From Thermoplasmatota archaeon (GTDB taxonomy: Archaea > Thermoplasmatota > Penumbrarchaeia > Penumbrarchaeales > Penumbrarchaeaceae), in the NCBI GenBank assembly GCA_965234725.1, contig CBDDUX010000026.1, positions 32,001 through 96,000 on the forward strand: a stretch of DNA of 64,000 nt, read 5' to 3'. Below, piece after piece: positions 28,782 through 41,500 of this stretch (the first letter of the stretch is position 1; each line of letters starts with the position of its first letter). Position numbers and translations under genes: made by a program. The notes under the pieces are model-generated. The model was not told where the DNA came from and did not search any database. It saw only the letters and a list, made by a program, of their open reading frames with translations.

Positions 28782-31700
28782 TTGAAGAGATTATCGTCCG
28801 TTTGGAAGAACAACGGATCGAAGGATAGGTTTTTAGCGGTATCCGAAGCCGTTGGAACGGTCCTCCTTCTTGGCATATCCATCACGCTAGCAGGCGGTAT
28901 TGCGGTATGGACCTCCAATATTGAAGAAGGTGAAGAAGGTATCTATGTCGATCTTTGGGCAAATGTTCAGGGAAACGACCTGGTTATTGTCCACAGAGGT
29001 GGGGATCACCTTGACGGAGTGAATACAAAGATAATGATCACAGATTCATCGAGATACAGTGTTATAGAAAATACTTACACTGTCATGTCAGGAACGAACG
29101 ATGATACCTGGTCTCCTGGAGAGGAGTTGGTTATCGATATAACAAATCCTTCTGTTACAGATACGTTCAAAATAATAGTTACAACCACCAGAGATAATGG
29201 TGAAGCTGTTGTTATTTTCAACAATGAATTGCAGAGGTCTAATTCCAATACCGGTCTCCCTGACCTTGCGATCACAATGATAAATCTGAGAGACTCAGAA
29301 GATAATATCGTAACCACTATTCTGGACAATGGAGCATACGTCATCCAGATAAGGGTTTCGAATTTCGGATCTGATATGACGACCGTCCATCATTCGGATC
29401 TTGGAAATGGTGCTATATCAAATCTCAAGATATTTGACTCGAATGAACCCATAGATATGGCCTCGGTCACTTACAGTCATTATACAACCGGAGATGTAGA
29501 GGTCTTTGGTCCTGACGACCTGGGGAAAATGAAGAATGGAGATTACATGGTATTTGATTTCATTTGGCAGGTCTCCGGCAGCATTCCAAGATCACTTGGT
29601 CTCCATAGATTCAATGTGAAGGTCATTCCTGTTTATACTGGAGAGCTGAATTACAGGAACAATTACATCGAGAAGAAATTCAATGTTGATAAGGAACTGA
29701 CACCTCTCGATATCCATGGTCCGGACCCAGGTATCTACGATATTCTTTTCTCGAACGAAGCTCCAAACAGTGGTGAGGAGGTTACTGTTACAGTGATCAT
29801 CCAGAATTCCGGTGATGAAGGGATCGAGATCACGCATGGAGTTAATTTGATAGTCACAACTTGGGAACCGGAAAGGTACCATGACTCTTATGATGAAAGT
29901 GAGATCCATGATTGGAAGATGGATTATGAAGGATACTATGGCATGTGGAGGAGTGAATACAGTGAGGTGATCCCTGTAACCGAGGATGACACATTCCCTA
30001 CCTGTGTCAGAACAAACATCGAACTTCTCCCCGGAGCGTATCTATTCTTCTATTTCACCCTGGAAGCAAGGGTTGACGTCCCTGGAGGTGAACAGTGGGT
30101 TTTCGCAGCGATCGATGCCTTCAATGATAATTCTCAACCCCAGGGGATCGGATATTATCCAGGAGGAGATGATCCAGGCGACAATATGAGGCTCGGAAAG
30201 ATCCAGGTCCTTCCGAGGATCCTGGTGGTCGATGATGACGGATCTCCAACAGGAACCGAGGGTGACATGACATCAACAGTTCTTGAAGCTCTCATAGGAG
30301 CTGGTGTGACAGTGGACAAGGTTTTCACTTCCCAGGAGGTAAGCGATCATTCTGATACCAGGGATGCACCGGCTTTCTCCTACAATCAAGCGGAGATATC
30401 CGCACCTGCAATGGAAGATTATGATATTGTTATGTGGGTGACCGGATTCGAGACGGATCCTCTTACCAATGTTCCAAACGATCCTGTGAAGGATATTGGA
30501 GGAAATATCCAGGAGATAATGAAATATCTTGATTCAAACAGATATTTCCTCTTGGTTGGCACTGATCCTTTCAACGGATTGATGTCCTACTTCAATTCAA
30601 AGTCCACAACAGATCGTATTGTGGAAGACGACCCGAGCTTGGATGCCACTGCCTTCCTCTACAAATACATGGGGATACAGCAGGTTACAACAGATGTTAA
30701 CATTTCTGCAGGTGATCCCCCAACGTTACATGGAATGGACATATTCGTGGACCTTCAATTATCATCACTTGAAGGGGACCTGATAATCACACATAAGTCC
30801 GGAGATGATATCAGTGGCACTAATACAAATATTGTGATCTACGATCAGTTTGCGACACCTGTGATATCAGGTTCATATTCAGATTTTTCAGGTACCTTTG
30901 GAGAGGATTGGTCATCAGGGACCGAAGTAAGCATCGATCTGTCAACTTTGACACTTTCCGACACCTATGATATTGTCATCACGACCCCGAGGGACCTGGG
31001 AAGTACCATGATAGTACACAAGAACGAGTTCACAATGTCCGATGAGATCGGAGAAAATCCTTCGATAAAATATGGTGATATTTACCCGGGAGGTATATCA
31101 AGCAGGGATGAGACAATTGAACTCCTCACCCAGACTCCAGGAAATGGATTGATGAACCTCTTTGTAATAAGGAGTAGCTATGAGGAGAATCTCTTCGAGA
31201 TACCTGTGGGAACATTAACGAACTCGGATGAAGTTGTCAAGGCAGATCCAAGTTTCAATTCGATAAGGTCCTTTGGTACACCTGATGAAGACCTATTCGA
31301 TGCTGCATACCGATCGGTCGTGCTTGGCTGGGACATTACCCAGATAAAGTATCTCAACGAGAAAGTCGACCTTTTCTCTGATATACTCAAGTGGTTCGAC
31401 TGGGAGGTGGAGGTTGGAAGGGACCTTGCTGTTACAAGGATGAACCTTTATATCATCTCAGAGGATGAAGAGGGAAATTGGTTCAACGATCCTGTGGACG
31501 AGGATAATGCTCCCAAGTACCTGGACACTGTTCTTATTGAAGCATATGTGAGGAACAACGGACCCAATCTGGAAAGTTCTTCAGTAATGTTCTATGTCAC
31601 AGGTCCAGATGGTTTGGAGCTTCCGATAACACCGAACATTCCAGATCCCAGAGATGACCTCGAGCCCGAATATTATGATAATCCATATGACATGAACGGT

Positions 31701-34700
31701 CTTTCAGGAGGGGGGGCCGAGGAAAGCGTTTTCAAATTATGGCTTGCGGTGGGAGTAGGGACATACACATTCAGGGTCGTTGTTGATCCATTCCACCTTA
31801 TATCTGAGATAAGTGAGGAGAATAATGATATCTCGTACTCCACATCGACAATAACATCTTTCGTAACCAAGAACAACATCCTTGTTGTCGACGATGACAT
31901 GTCAACTGATAATTTCCCTGTTGGCATGGACGTTGGAACCATGGATCTGAGGAGGATCTCGTATGCTTCCCTTGGAGGAGAACCCTCACAGGTGATAGAG
32001 GATACACTTGTTTCTCTGGAATATGATTTCGATAACCATGTTGTGGAAAATGATAATGTAGGGGGTGTATGGGATTATGCAAGTGGACTTTCCATTCTTG
32101 ATCTCAAGAGATACAACTCGATAGTATGGGTCCTTGGAGATTCAGGGTTAAAAGATGCAACAAACAGGGAAACTCTCACCGACAAGGACATGGAAGCCAT
32201 CAAGAGGTATCTGGACGGTGATTATCAGGAGGCCAAATACCTGCCGGAAGACCATCATGAAAACCTTATGTTGATAGGGACGAACCTTACCCATGACCTT
32301 AGTGTTTCAAATGATGAGATAACCATGCTCTCAGGGAATTATTTCCTATTTGACCTGATGGAGGAATATTTCGGCATACTTCCGAATGTTCCGGCTACTA
32401 ATATCGGAACCACTCTTGTGGGGCCAACAGAAGGAGAGATCCTTGATGAGGTATATCATGGAATTGATTTCGAGTTTGGAGAGCTTGACTCAGTATATGA
32501 ATATTCAACTCTGGATCTGGCACCTCCAATGGATACCTATGCAGAGGTTACACCTGGTCTTTGGGCCGGGGCAGATCTCATATCCGCACAGTACAAATAT
32601 GACAATATCGAATCTGCAATGGCGATCCAGAGGAACTTCCAGGTCATAGTGCATACATGGCAACTGACAAGGGCCTCTGTGCTTGCTAGAGAGAGCCCCC
32701 TCAGAGAATTGGTGTATCTACCGCTTCACTGGTTCGATACGCCTGAGGACGATCCGGAGCTTCTCGGTAGGTCCTCAGATATATTTCTTGATAACACGAA
32801 TCCTGTGATCGGAAATTCATATGTGATCCAGGTTGAGGTTGCAAATCTTGGAGGAGCTGCAGGCGGTGGTACAATCGGATTCATGGATGGGGCATCGCTT
32901 ATCCAGTCCGAGAACCTCTATCTGAATGCAGATACCACAACAACCGTTGAAGCTATCTGGAAACCACTCTATGCTGGTGAAAGGACCTTGACCATATGGT
33001 TGGATCGTTACAACGATACTTCCGAGGTCTTCGATATTCAGAACAATGCACCATCAATTACCATCGATGTGTTCTTCTTCTGGGACGATATGGAAGCCGG
33101 AGATGACAACTGGGACCATGATTCGACCATCCTGAGGATAAACGGTGAAGGAACACTTGATTATATGAGTGAACCAACCTCTACGAACATCGAGAACAAG
33201 TGGCTGGCAATGAATGGTTTCAATGTGAATACCGATGTTGAGAATACAGTTGTTCAAGGTGAGTACTACAGCTCTCCCAATTCATTTTACATGTATGAAC
33301 CCAGCCTTTCCGGTACCTCGAGAAAGGATATGGATCTTGTAATGATGCTCGACACATCAGAATCAATGGATGATGGTGGTTGGGATCTAGCAATTGAAGA
33401 TTATCAACCAATTGGGAATATGAAATTGGCGGCAAAGAATATTATAGATCAGTTGACACCAACAGATCGAATTGCAATCTATTCTTTCAATGGACTTGGT
33501 GCTCCAGTCCAGAGGTTTTCATTCACATATATGACACAGACCAATCGTGAGAATGCAAAGGATGAGATAGACTCCTTGACAGCAAGTGGGGACACTCCTC
33601 TTTGGGACGGGATAGGTGAGGTTATCAACTATGTTTTAACCAATCAGAGGACGTCGAATGTTTATACATCGATAATTTCTTTGACAGATGGGGATGACTT
33701 TGGAAAATTTGAAAGAGAGGATGGAAGCACTGTTTATTGCCCAGGTTCTGAAAGATCTACATATTACGGATCTCATACTTGGGGAAATGCCCTTGGTTTG
33801 AAATGGGGAGATTCCAGTATTGACTTCAGAAATCAGGGATCGGCCAATGGAGATGATATTCTCAGGGTTGGTGGGGAAGGAGGAGTACCTTTGACCGGGT
33901 CATGGCTTGATCTTCAAGATTCAACAAGGACCGGACTATTGTATTCACCTATCCCTGTATTTACTGTTGGATTGGGGATATCCCCTCATGAAGCTGATCC
34001 ACTGAATCCAACAATTGGTACGAATTATTTCTTTACTACAGAATATGACCTTTGGCGTGTTGCTGAGACTTCCAAGGGGGAATATTATTATGCATCTGAT
34101 TCCACGATCCTTGGAAAGATATTCCAGGAGATATTCAATCAAGTGGAACAGAATGCGCAATCATCTACTCGTGGTGAACCTTCAAGAGCCGCAGGACTCT
34201 GGACAGATGGGAATGAGGTTGCCAGCAACAAATACATGCACACCAGTATAGTTGACCTGAAATATGCGGATACGGCAATACTTTCATTCAACCATAAATA
34301 CAACATGAAGGTCGGTTCCAACGGCGGAGTGATCCTTATTGGAACAGATACAGACGGTGATGGGTCCTGGGATTTCGAATATGTTCAGCCAGATCAGGCT
34401 TATACCGGAAATTTCCTCACTTCACAATGGGACAATCTAAAAGACAGTTATGGAAACAGGATGCGTTGGTGCTGGAACGGACTTTCCGGTGGAGGAAGCC
34501 TCGGATGGGATCATGTGACCGTCGATCTTGAAGAATTCCTAGGTGAAGAGGTGATCGTCGCATTCATCTATTACTATCTAGGGGGAGGAACAGGATACGG
34601 TTGGATGATAGACGATGTTGACATCAAGATATCCACATTTGATACCAATCTGGACAAGGGTTTATCCGTTGACAGCTGGACCCTTCAAAATGTGACCGAT

Positions 34701-35516
34701 GTTGGGTCTACCAGGGGAGTTGGATCATACAGTGGATATAATTCCTGGTTCATAGGCGATCCCAACAATGGTGGGGATCTCAAACCTGGAGTTGATAACT
34801 CACTGTATACCAGGCAGATAGACCTCACCAACACCAGGGAAGCTACTCTTGAGGCGCAGCTCAGGTTCAATATCGACACAGATCCCGGCAGACCTCCGGA
34901 TGGTTTCCGGGTGGAAGTGTCTATAGATAACAAACAGACATGGGTTCCTCTGAATCTTGGTGTACGATCATCCTGGGGAGTTTCAGGGACCGAAGCCGAT
35001 GCTGATGACGGGATCCCGGATGATCAGAAATCCTATACGGGTCTTGACCTCGAGGGGAACGGAAATAACTGGGTTCCGGCAAATACATTGACAAGGTTGA
35101 GTACCAATCTGGATTCCTTCACCGGGAATGTTATAAACATTAGGTTCCGGGTGATAACGAACACAGACCTCACTCATTATGCAGATCCTAACGAGGACCT
35201 TGGTATCTATATCGATGATGTCTTCGTCTATGGTTCGTCGCTTCACGCAACGAGATCTGAAATTGGATCGACAGAAGAGATCTTATCCGAAGTTGATGAA
35301 ATTGTAGAACCTGTTGATGTAACGATACCCATGGAAAGTGAATGGGAAGAAGAACCTATGATCGAAACTGTAGAGGCCATTCACGAAGACAGTGAGATCG
35401 GATCTGAAGATAGAGGGATCGGATCCTATCTCATATGGGTAATTGTTCCCTTCCTTCTGATATTGATGGCGGTACCAGTTGTATTTGTTCAGGTAGGTAG
35501 AGTGAAGAGGGATTGA
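28782..35516 (+). CDS. Giant multidomain surface protein: archaeal type IV pilin N-terminus, CARDB repeats, VWA domain, beta-sandwich domains, C-terminal TM
   Basis: A|VSEAVGTVLLLGISITLAG pilin helix, HRGGD..WSPGE pilin domain, PDLAI/N.G/VDP..I.E..E.NN CARDB motifs, DTSESM..TDG MIDAS, hydrophobic C-terminal helix. Confidence 0.85.
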   Translation: MKRLSSVWKNNGSKDRFLAVSEAVGTVLLLGISITLAGGIAVWTSNIEEGEEGIYVDLWANVQGNDLVIVHRGGDHLDGVNTKIMITDSSRYSVIENTYTVMSGTNDDTWSPGEELVIDITNPSVTDTFKIIVTTTRDNGEAVVIFNNELQRSNSNTGLPDLAITMINLRDSEDNIVTTILDNGAYVIQIRVSNFGSDMTTVHHSDLGNGAISNLKIFDSNEPIDMASVTYSHYTTGDVEVFGPDDLGKMKNGDYMVFDFIWQVSGSIPRSLGLHRFNVKVIPVYTGELNYRNNYIEKKFNVDKELTPLDIHGPDPGIYDILFSNEAPNSGEEVTVTVIIQNSGDEGIEITHGVNLIVTTWEPERYHDSYDESEIHDWKMDYEGYYGMWRSEYSEVIPVTEDDTFPTCVRTNIELLPGAYLFFYFTLEARVDVPGGEQWVFAAIDAFNDNSQPQGIGYYPGGDDPGDNMRLGKIQVLPRILVVDDDGSPTGTEGDMTSTVLEALIGAGVTVDKVFTSQEVSDHSDTRDAPAFSYNQAEISAPAMEDYDIVMWVTGFETDPLTNVPNDPVKDIGGNIQEIMKYLDSNRYFLLVGTDPFNGLMSYFNSKSTTDRIVEDDPSLDATAFLYKYMGIQQVTTDVNISAGDPPTLHGMDIFVDLQLSSLEGDLIITHKSGDDISGTNTNIVIYDQFATPVISGSYSDFSGTFGEDWSSGTEVSIDLSTLTLSDTYDIVITTPRDLGSTMIVHKNEFTMSDEIGENPSIKYGDIYPGGISSRDETIELLTQTPGNGLMNLFVIRSSYEENLFEIPVGTLTNSDEVVKADPSFNSIRSFGTPDEDLFDAAYRSVVLGWDITQIKYLNEKVDLFSDILKWFDWEVEVGRDLAVTRMNLYIISEDEEGNWFNDPVDEDNAPKYLDTVLIEAYVRNNGPNLESSSVMFYVTGPDGLELPITPNIPDPRDDLEPEYYDNPYDMNGLSGGGAEESVFKLWLAVGVGTYTFRVVVDPFHLISEISEENNDISYSTSTITSFVTKNNILVVDDDMSTDNFPVGMDVGTMDLRRISYASLGGEPSQVIEDTLVSLEYDFDNHVVENDNVGGVWDYASGLSILDLKRYNSIVWVLGDSGLKDATNRETLTDKDMEAIKRYLDGDYQEAKYLPEDHHENLMLIGTNLTHDLSVSNDEITMLSGNYFLFDLMEEYFGILPNVPATNIGTTLVGPTEGEILDEVYHGIDFEFGELDSVYEYSTLDLAPPMDTYAEVTPGLWAGADLISAQYKYDNIESAMAIQRNFQVIVHTWQLTRASVLARESPLRELVYLPLHWFDTPEDDPELLGRSSDIFLDNTNPVIGNSYVIQVEVANLGGAAGGGTIGFMDGASLIQSENLYLNADTTTTVEAIWKPLYAGERTLTIWLDRYNDTSEVFDIQNNAPSITIDVFFFWDDMEAGDDNWDHDSTILRINGEGTLDYMSEPTSTNIENKWLAMNGFNVNTDVENTVVQGEYYSSPNSFYMYEPSLSGTSRKDMDLVMMLDTSESMDDGGWDLAIEDYQPIGNMKLAAKNIIDQLTPTDRIAIYSFNGLGAPVQRFSFTYMTQTNRENAKDEIDSLTASGDTPLWDGIGEVINYVLTNQRTSNVYTSIISLTDGDDFGKFEREDGSTVYCPGSERSTYYGSHTWGNALGLKWGDSSIDFRNQGSANGDDILRVGGEGGVPLTGSWLDLQDSTRTGLLYSPIPVFTVGLGISPHEADPLNPTIGTNYFFTTEYDLWRVAETSKGEYYYASDSTILGKIFQEIFNQVEQNAQSSTRGEPSRAAGLWTDGNEVASNKYMHTSIVDLKYADTAILSFNHKYNMKVGSNGGVILIGTDTDGDGSWDFEYVQPDQAYTGNFLTSQWDNLKDSYGNRMRWCWNGLSGGGSLGWDHVTVDLEEFLGEEVIVAFIYYYLGGGTGYGWMIDDVDIKISTFDTNLDKGLSVDSWTLQNVTDVGSTRGVGSYSGYNSWFIGDPNNGGDLKPGVDNSLYTRQIDLTNTREATLEAQLRFNIDTDPGRPPDGFRVEVSIDNKQTWVPLNLGVRSSWGVSGTEADADDGIPDDQKSYTGLDLEGNGNNWVPANTLTRLSTNLDSFTGNVINIRFRVITNTDLTHYADPNEDLGIYIDDVFVYGSSLHATRSEIGSTEEILSEVDEIVEPVDVTIPMESEWEEEPMIETVEAIHEDSEIGSEDRGIGSYLIWVIVPFLLILMAVPVVFVQVGRVKRD

Positions 35517-35528
35517 GGAGGTGAACCC

Positions 35529-38500
35529 TTGAATAGGAATTATCCAAAAATCATGAAAAAGAAAGGGAAAAGCGATCTCCTGGGTGTTTCGGAAGCCATA
35601 GGCACGGTTCTCCTTCTCGGGATCACGGTTGCCATGACCGGTGGGATCGCATTGTACACCTCTCAGATAGATGGTATGGATGAAGGTCTTTTCGTGGACC
35701 TCTATGCATCCCTATCAGGTGAAACACTCTCAATAACACATCGCGGTGGCGATGTTCTTACCGGGACAGAAACATACATAACAATACAGAATTCTGACGG
35801 GACTGAATTTCGGAGCATAAAGTATTTTGATCCAGGACAGGGAAGGAGTGATGAATTCTGGGAATCAGGTGAATCACTTGATATTTCTCTTGTAGGAACC
35901 ACGCTCGATATCACGATCTTAGTTACAACTGTTCGAAATGATGGTATTAGCATTGTAGCAATGAAGACCGAGCTTTCCAAATCATCCCTTGATCCCAACA
36001 GTCCTGACCTTGCAATAACTCGGATCTCCATCCAGCAGTCTGGAACAACAGGTATCGATGGCTATATTCTGGATCACGGTCCATTTCTGATAATTGTCAA
36101 TGTGAAGAACATTGGTGGATCCATGACAGAGAAATGGGTGGAACCATTGAGCGATTCGGAAGTCTCGAATCTGATGATATATGATGATAGTGATTCGCTT
36201 GAATTGTCTTCACTCAGTTACACTCACAGGGATAGTTCAGGAAACGTGAAATCACCTTCAGACATGATATTGTTGAATGATGAATATCTTGAGATAGTAT
36301 TCACATGGAACAGAGAGAAGGGTGATTACAGAGCTCTAGGTGACCATGTATTGACAGTCAAGGTCAATCCATACAGTTCAAGTGAACTGGATTATCGCAA
36401 CAACATCATGACAAGGTCCTACACGGTTGACAAGGATACAACACCTGAACCTATTCCGGGACCTGACCCGGGTATCTATGATATCTATTTCTCGGATGAT
36501 GCTCCAAGAAGCGGAGATACCATAACTGTTACAGTTGTAGTTCAGAATTCTGGTTCGGAAATATTAACTCCTGATATGAACGTCCATCTGATAGTTTCCC
36601 TGTGGGCACCTGCACAGAAAAGGATCCCGATGGTCGGTTACGAGGAGGAGGTAACTGTCTATGATTGGATGATGGATGATCCGGCCCATTATCAATCATG
36701 GAGAATGGGTAATGATACCCTGGCTGTGGAGACAGACCTTATCTTCCCAACCTGCACGATAAATGATATTGAACTTCTCCCCGGAGCATATATTTTCTTC
36801 CATTTCTCACTCGAAGCGAGAGTGGATATTCCGGGAGGTCATCAGACAGTCTATGCTGTCGTCAATCCATACGATGGTTATGATCCAGTGGACCCTATGG
36901 GTCTGATGTATGACGAGGGAGATAATCATAAGGATAATACCGGACTCGGTATCTTCCAGGTATTCCCAAAGATCCTGCTTGTTGATGACGATGGTGCATC
37001 CTCGGGGACCGCGGGTGACATGACGACAATAGTAACAGAAGCGCTCACAGGTTCCGGTGTCAAGACGGATGCTATAGTTGTAGCACAGCAGGTGGAGGAC
37101 GATCTCGGTATGAGGAATGCACCTGCCTATCAATATGACCGGACCAATGTACCGTTCCCGGCCATGGAGGATTATGATATAGTAATTTGGATAACCGGTC
37201 AAAGAACGGATGCACTGACCAATGATCCAATTGCTGCATATGGAGGCAACATTCAGGAATTGATGAAGTATCTCGATGATAATGGATATTTCCTCCTCGT
37301 CGGATCACATCCACTTGATGGATTGACACATTATTTCAACGGTGCAAATAACACTCTGATGCCGGGGACAGGATGGTCAGGTAACCCTGAATATGAAGAT
37401 GCACAGAACTTCATCTACAATTATCTCGGCATACAGAGAGTCTACTCTGGTGAGGACCTGCCTCTTGGAAACGATGATAGAATGGTTGGAATTGATGGAG
37501 ACGAGGGAAACATCACAGAGGTCGATGGAGGAGGAGAATACAACATTGAATTCAATGATATGGCAGAGTTCAACGCCATGTCGACCCTCTTCCTTCCAAG
37601 AAGTGTTCAGACAGAGAAGGACCTTCAACCGTATTTCGAGATCCCTGCAGGCGTTCTTACGTATCAGGATGAGATCTCAGGCGGGACCGAGACCGATCAT
37701 GTCAATACTGTCAGGTCATGGTCTGTCCCGGATCCTGTGACCGGAGCAATATACAAATCAGTGGTCATGGGGTGGGATGTCAGAGAGATCAAGTATCTCA
37801 ACCAGGAGATCGATATCTTTGCACGAACCATGAAATGGCTTGACTGGGAGATCCAGATAGGAAGGGATCTTGCAATAACCAAGATGGAGCTCAGTCTGCT
37901 TTCCCAGGATGAGAACAATGACTGGATCAAGGTGCCTATAGATAACGATGAGGTCGTTCCAAAATATCTCGATACCATCGAGATAGAGGTGTCGGTTCGT
38001 AACAATGGACTCCTGGAGGAATCCACTACACTGATATTCTACGTCACCGGACCCAATGGAATTGAGGTTCCGGTCACGACTGATCTTCCAGAACCAAGAT
38101 CGGAGGAATTCATTCCCGAAGAGAAAATAAATGATAACAACCCGATAGATCTTGCATACATTTCAGGAGGTGGCGGAGAGGTGACAAGGTACAAATTATG
38201 GCTCGCTCTGGGTTCGGGAATTTACAATTTCAGGGTCATGGTTGACCCATATCACCTCATTGATGAGGTTAACGAGGATAACAACGACATCAGCTATTCA
38301 ACAACAACACTTGCATCTTTTGTTGCAGAGAACAATATTCTGATAGTGGATGATGATGGTTCATCCGATAACTTCCTGGCCGAAGATCTTCCATTGGCTA
38401 CGTGGAACGGACTTGTTATCAATTATCCATTGGGAGAACCTTCAGAGCTTATTGCCGATTCACTTGTTGAACTCGATTTCGACCATGAAGTGTTCACCAC

Positions 38501-41500
38501 CGAGAACTATCATGATTCCTCGGATTGGATAATGGGAAGCGGACCCCTGGTGGAGGAATTGAAGAGGTTCAATTCGATCATATGGGTCAGTGGGAATTCT
38601 GGAAGTGTGGTTTCTCTTGATAGAGAAACGCTGACAGATTCCGATATCATTGCCATTGAGAAATATCTCAGCGGATTATATGACGAGGCACAGTTCCTGG
38701 GTGATGATCACAATGAGAACCTGATGTTGACAGGAAGTCATGTCCTAGAGGATATTTCAGGGTCCGGTGACCATTCAATTTCGGGGGTCGGGATAGAGAC
38801 ATCCACCCATGAATTCCTCAGGAATTTCCTGGGAGTGCATCCTGAAACAACATCACCTCCACAGGAAACCGGAAGTATCATTTTCGGTGCAAGGTCGGGA
38901 AGTATGCTCTCGGATATCTATTTTGGATTGGAAATATTCGATGAAGATATCGAAGGAGGAGACTTCAACTATCAGGATCTCACAACGTTCAACAGACCAT
39001 TCTCAACTGTCAGAAACGCTTTCATGACATTTGACGGAACTATGAACATTGATACAGCTTCGGTCCAGTTCTCTCATCATGATGATGAGGCTGGTGATTA
39101 TTTCAGATCTGTATTCCATTCATGGGACCTTGCAGAGTTGCAAAAATCGGGTGATGGTTCCATTGAACATCCTTTCCAGGAATCGATATTTCTCACTCTC
39201 AGATGGTTCGATACACCGATCATTCAACCTGAGATACTATCGAGGAACATCATGGTGGATATCAATCATGATAATCCCTCACTTGGGAATTCCTATCTTG
39301 TTTCTTTAAAAGTTGCAAACCTCGGAGGAGCATCCGGAGGTGGGACCGTAAGGTTCATGGATGGAGATACACTTTTTTCGACCAGGTTCATTTTCCTCGA
39401 TCCGGGAGATCAGGTCACAATTGAAGCCATATGGGAACCACAATATGCAGGTAACAGGATAATCAAGGTCTGGCTTGATCGGTTCGATGATTATGATGAG
39501 GTTTTCGATTCGATCAATAACATACCTCAAAGATCGATCACTGTATACTATTTCTGGGACGACATGGAGACATATGGTTCCAACAATTTTGAACATGATG
39601 CATTAGTTGCGATGATCAACGGTGAGAATCCTCTTGATTACTACGATCCATTGGACCCTGACCCTCAGACCAATGTTATTGACTCATGGGACAGATCAAT
39701 GTCATACGGGGTCAGAGAAGCGGACGACACTTCCAAGAGCGCCCCTTATTCCTATAGATTGGAGGAATCCAAAGGAGCAGTGCTAAATAGAGCTGACGTG
39801 ATAATCAGCTTTGTCATAGATGATTCAGCGTCGATGACCAAAAGGACATCAACTGCTGGAAACACATGGCTTCAAGAGGCGAAGGATGCAGCACAGATAC
39901 TTCTAAATGAACTTTCCGATGCATCAATTTGTGTTAGTATCTGGGATTTCAAGGGTAACGCTGAGAGAAGATGGTCTGGCCCGACAGATAGAGGAACATC
40001 TGAAGGTGGTATTTCTACAACAAACAGAAGAGATCCTGTTAGACTTGGAGATGATTTCGGGGGTATTGATGGACGTACTCTGGTAAGCAATGAAATAGAT
40101 AGCATGTCAAATCCATCCGGAACCACGATCATTTGGGATTCCATAGGTGAAGCCTACAAGGATATCGAATACTGGTCAGTTTACTATCCGGATCTGACCC
40201 CGGTTGTTGTCGTATTATCAGATGGAATGGATATTCAGGCTTCAGATGGTTCATCATTGAGCCTGTTGACAGTGGACAATACTGTGGAAGGTGGAAGCAC
40301 ATACTGGGCACCATGGGGTTCGATGGCAGATGGTGAACAATATTATCAGTATCATCTTGGAAAATACTCCACGGACCTTTCAGATCTGAGTGCATCTACT
40401 TACTGGATGTATGCGATGAACCTGGGTTCCATGGACCATTACAGATATGGTCTCCTTGATTCTGATATACCCATATATACGATAGGTCTTGGTCTGGAGC
40501 ATCATGATCCGCCTTACCTTCCTGAAATTTCCACAAATCCTGTTACTACAATAGGAGACCACATCCTCGATTACACTAATGCTCACTGTTCTGCAACGGG
40601 AACGGGTATTGGTGAATCAGGTACCCTGGAATATAATCTCTGGAGGATAGCTGATTCCTCGGATGCCAAGTATTTTTATGCTCCAACTGCAGATGAACTG
40701 GCAGATATTTTCCAGGAGCTTGGACAGTTGCTTGCAAAACCACAGGACCAGACAAGGAGTTCGGAACCTACCAGGCAGGATGAGGTCCCCAATGAAAACA
40801 AATGGGCGGTCACAAGTGAATTTGATGTATCTGGTGCTGAAACCGCAAGCTTGAGTTTCTGGCACAAGTACAATATCGTTGACGGTGCAAACGGTGGATA
40901 CGTCATGGTTGGCTATTTGGATGATACAGTGGATACTGATGCAGATGGTGATCCTACCAACGATTGGGATTGGAAGTACATGACCCCGGTAAATGGATTC
41001 TATTCGGGAAGCCTCTATCCTGGTCTTGAAAGGAAGGATTCTTTCGGCAATACTATAAATTGGGGTTACAACGGTAGGAGCGGTGAAGGTACATTTGATT
41101 GGGACAATGCGGATTTCAATATCCTTGATTTTGTACCTCCTGGATACAGGGACAGGGTCAAAGTTATGTTCTACTACATACAGTATGGTGGAGGAACAGG
41201 TGATGGATGGTGGTTCGATGATGTCAAGATAGTGATGTCAAGAGCCGAAGAATCACCTGTGGATGCTGATTCTATTGATACATGGAGGTTTCTGGAAGGA
41301 ACAACAGAAAGCGGAACCGTTCACAGCGGAACCCATTCATGGTTTGCAGGGGGCATAACAACAGCATATGATCTGCATGAGGGGATAGATAATTCACTGT
41401 ATACCAGACCCATCGATCTTACAAATGCAAGAAATGCATATTTAGAATTCTACACCAGGTTCAACATCCAGTATGAAGCCGGAAGGCCACCAGACGGATT

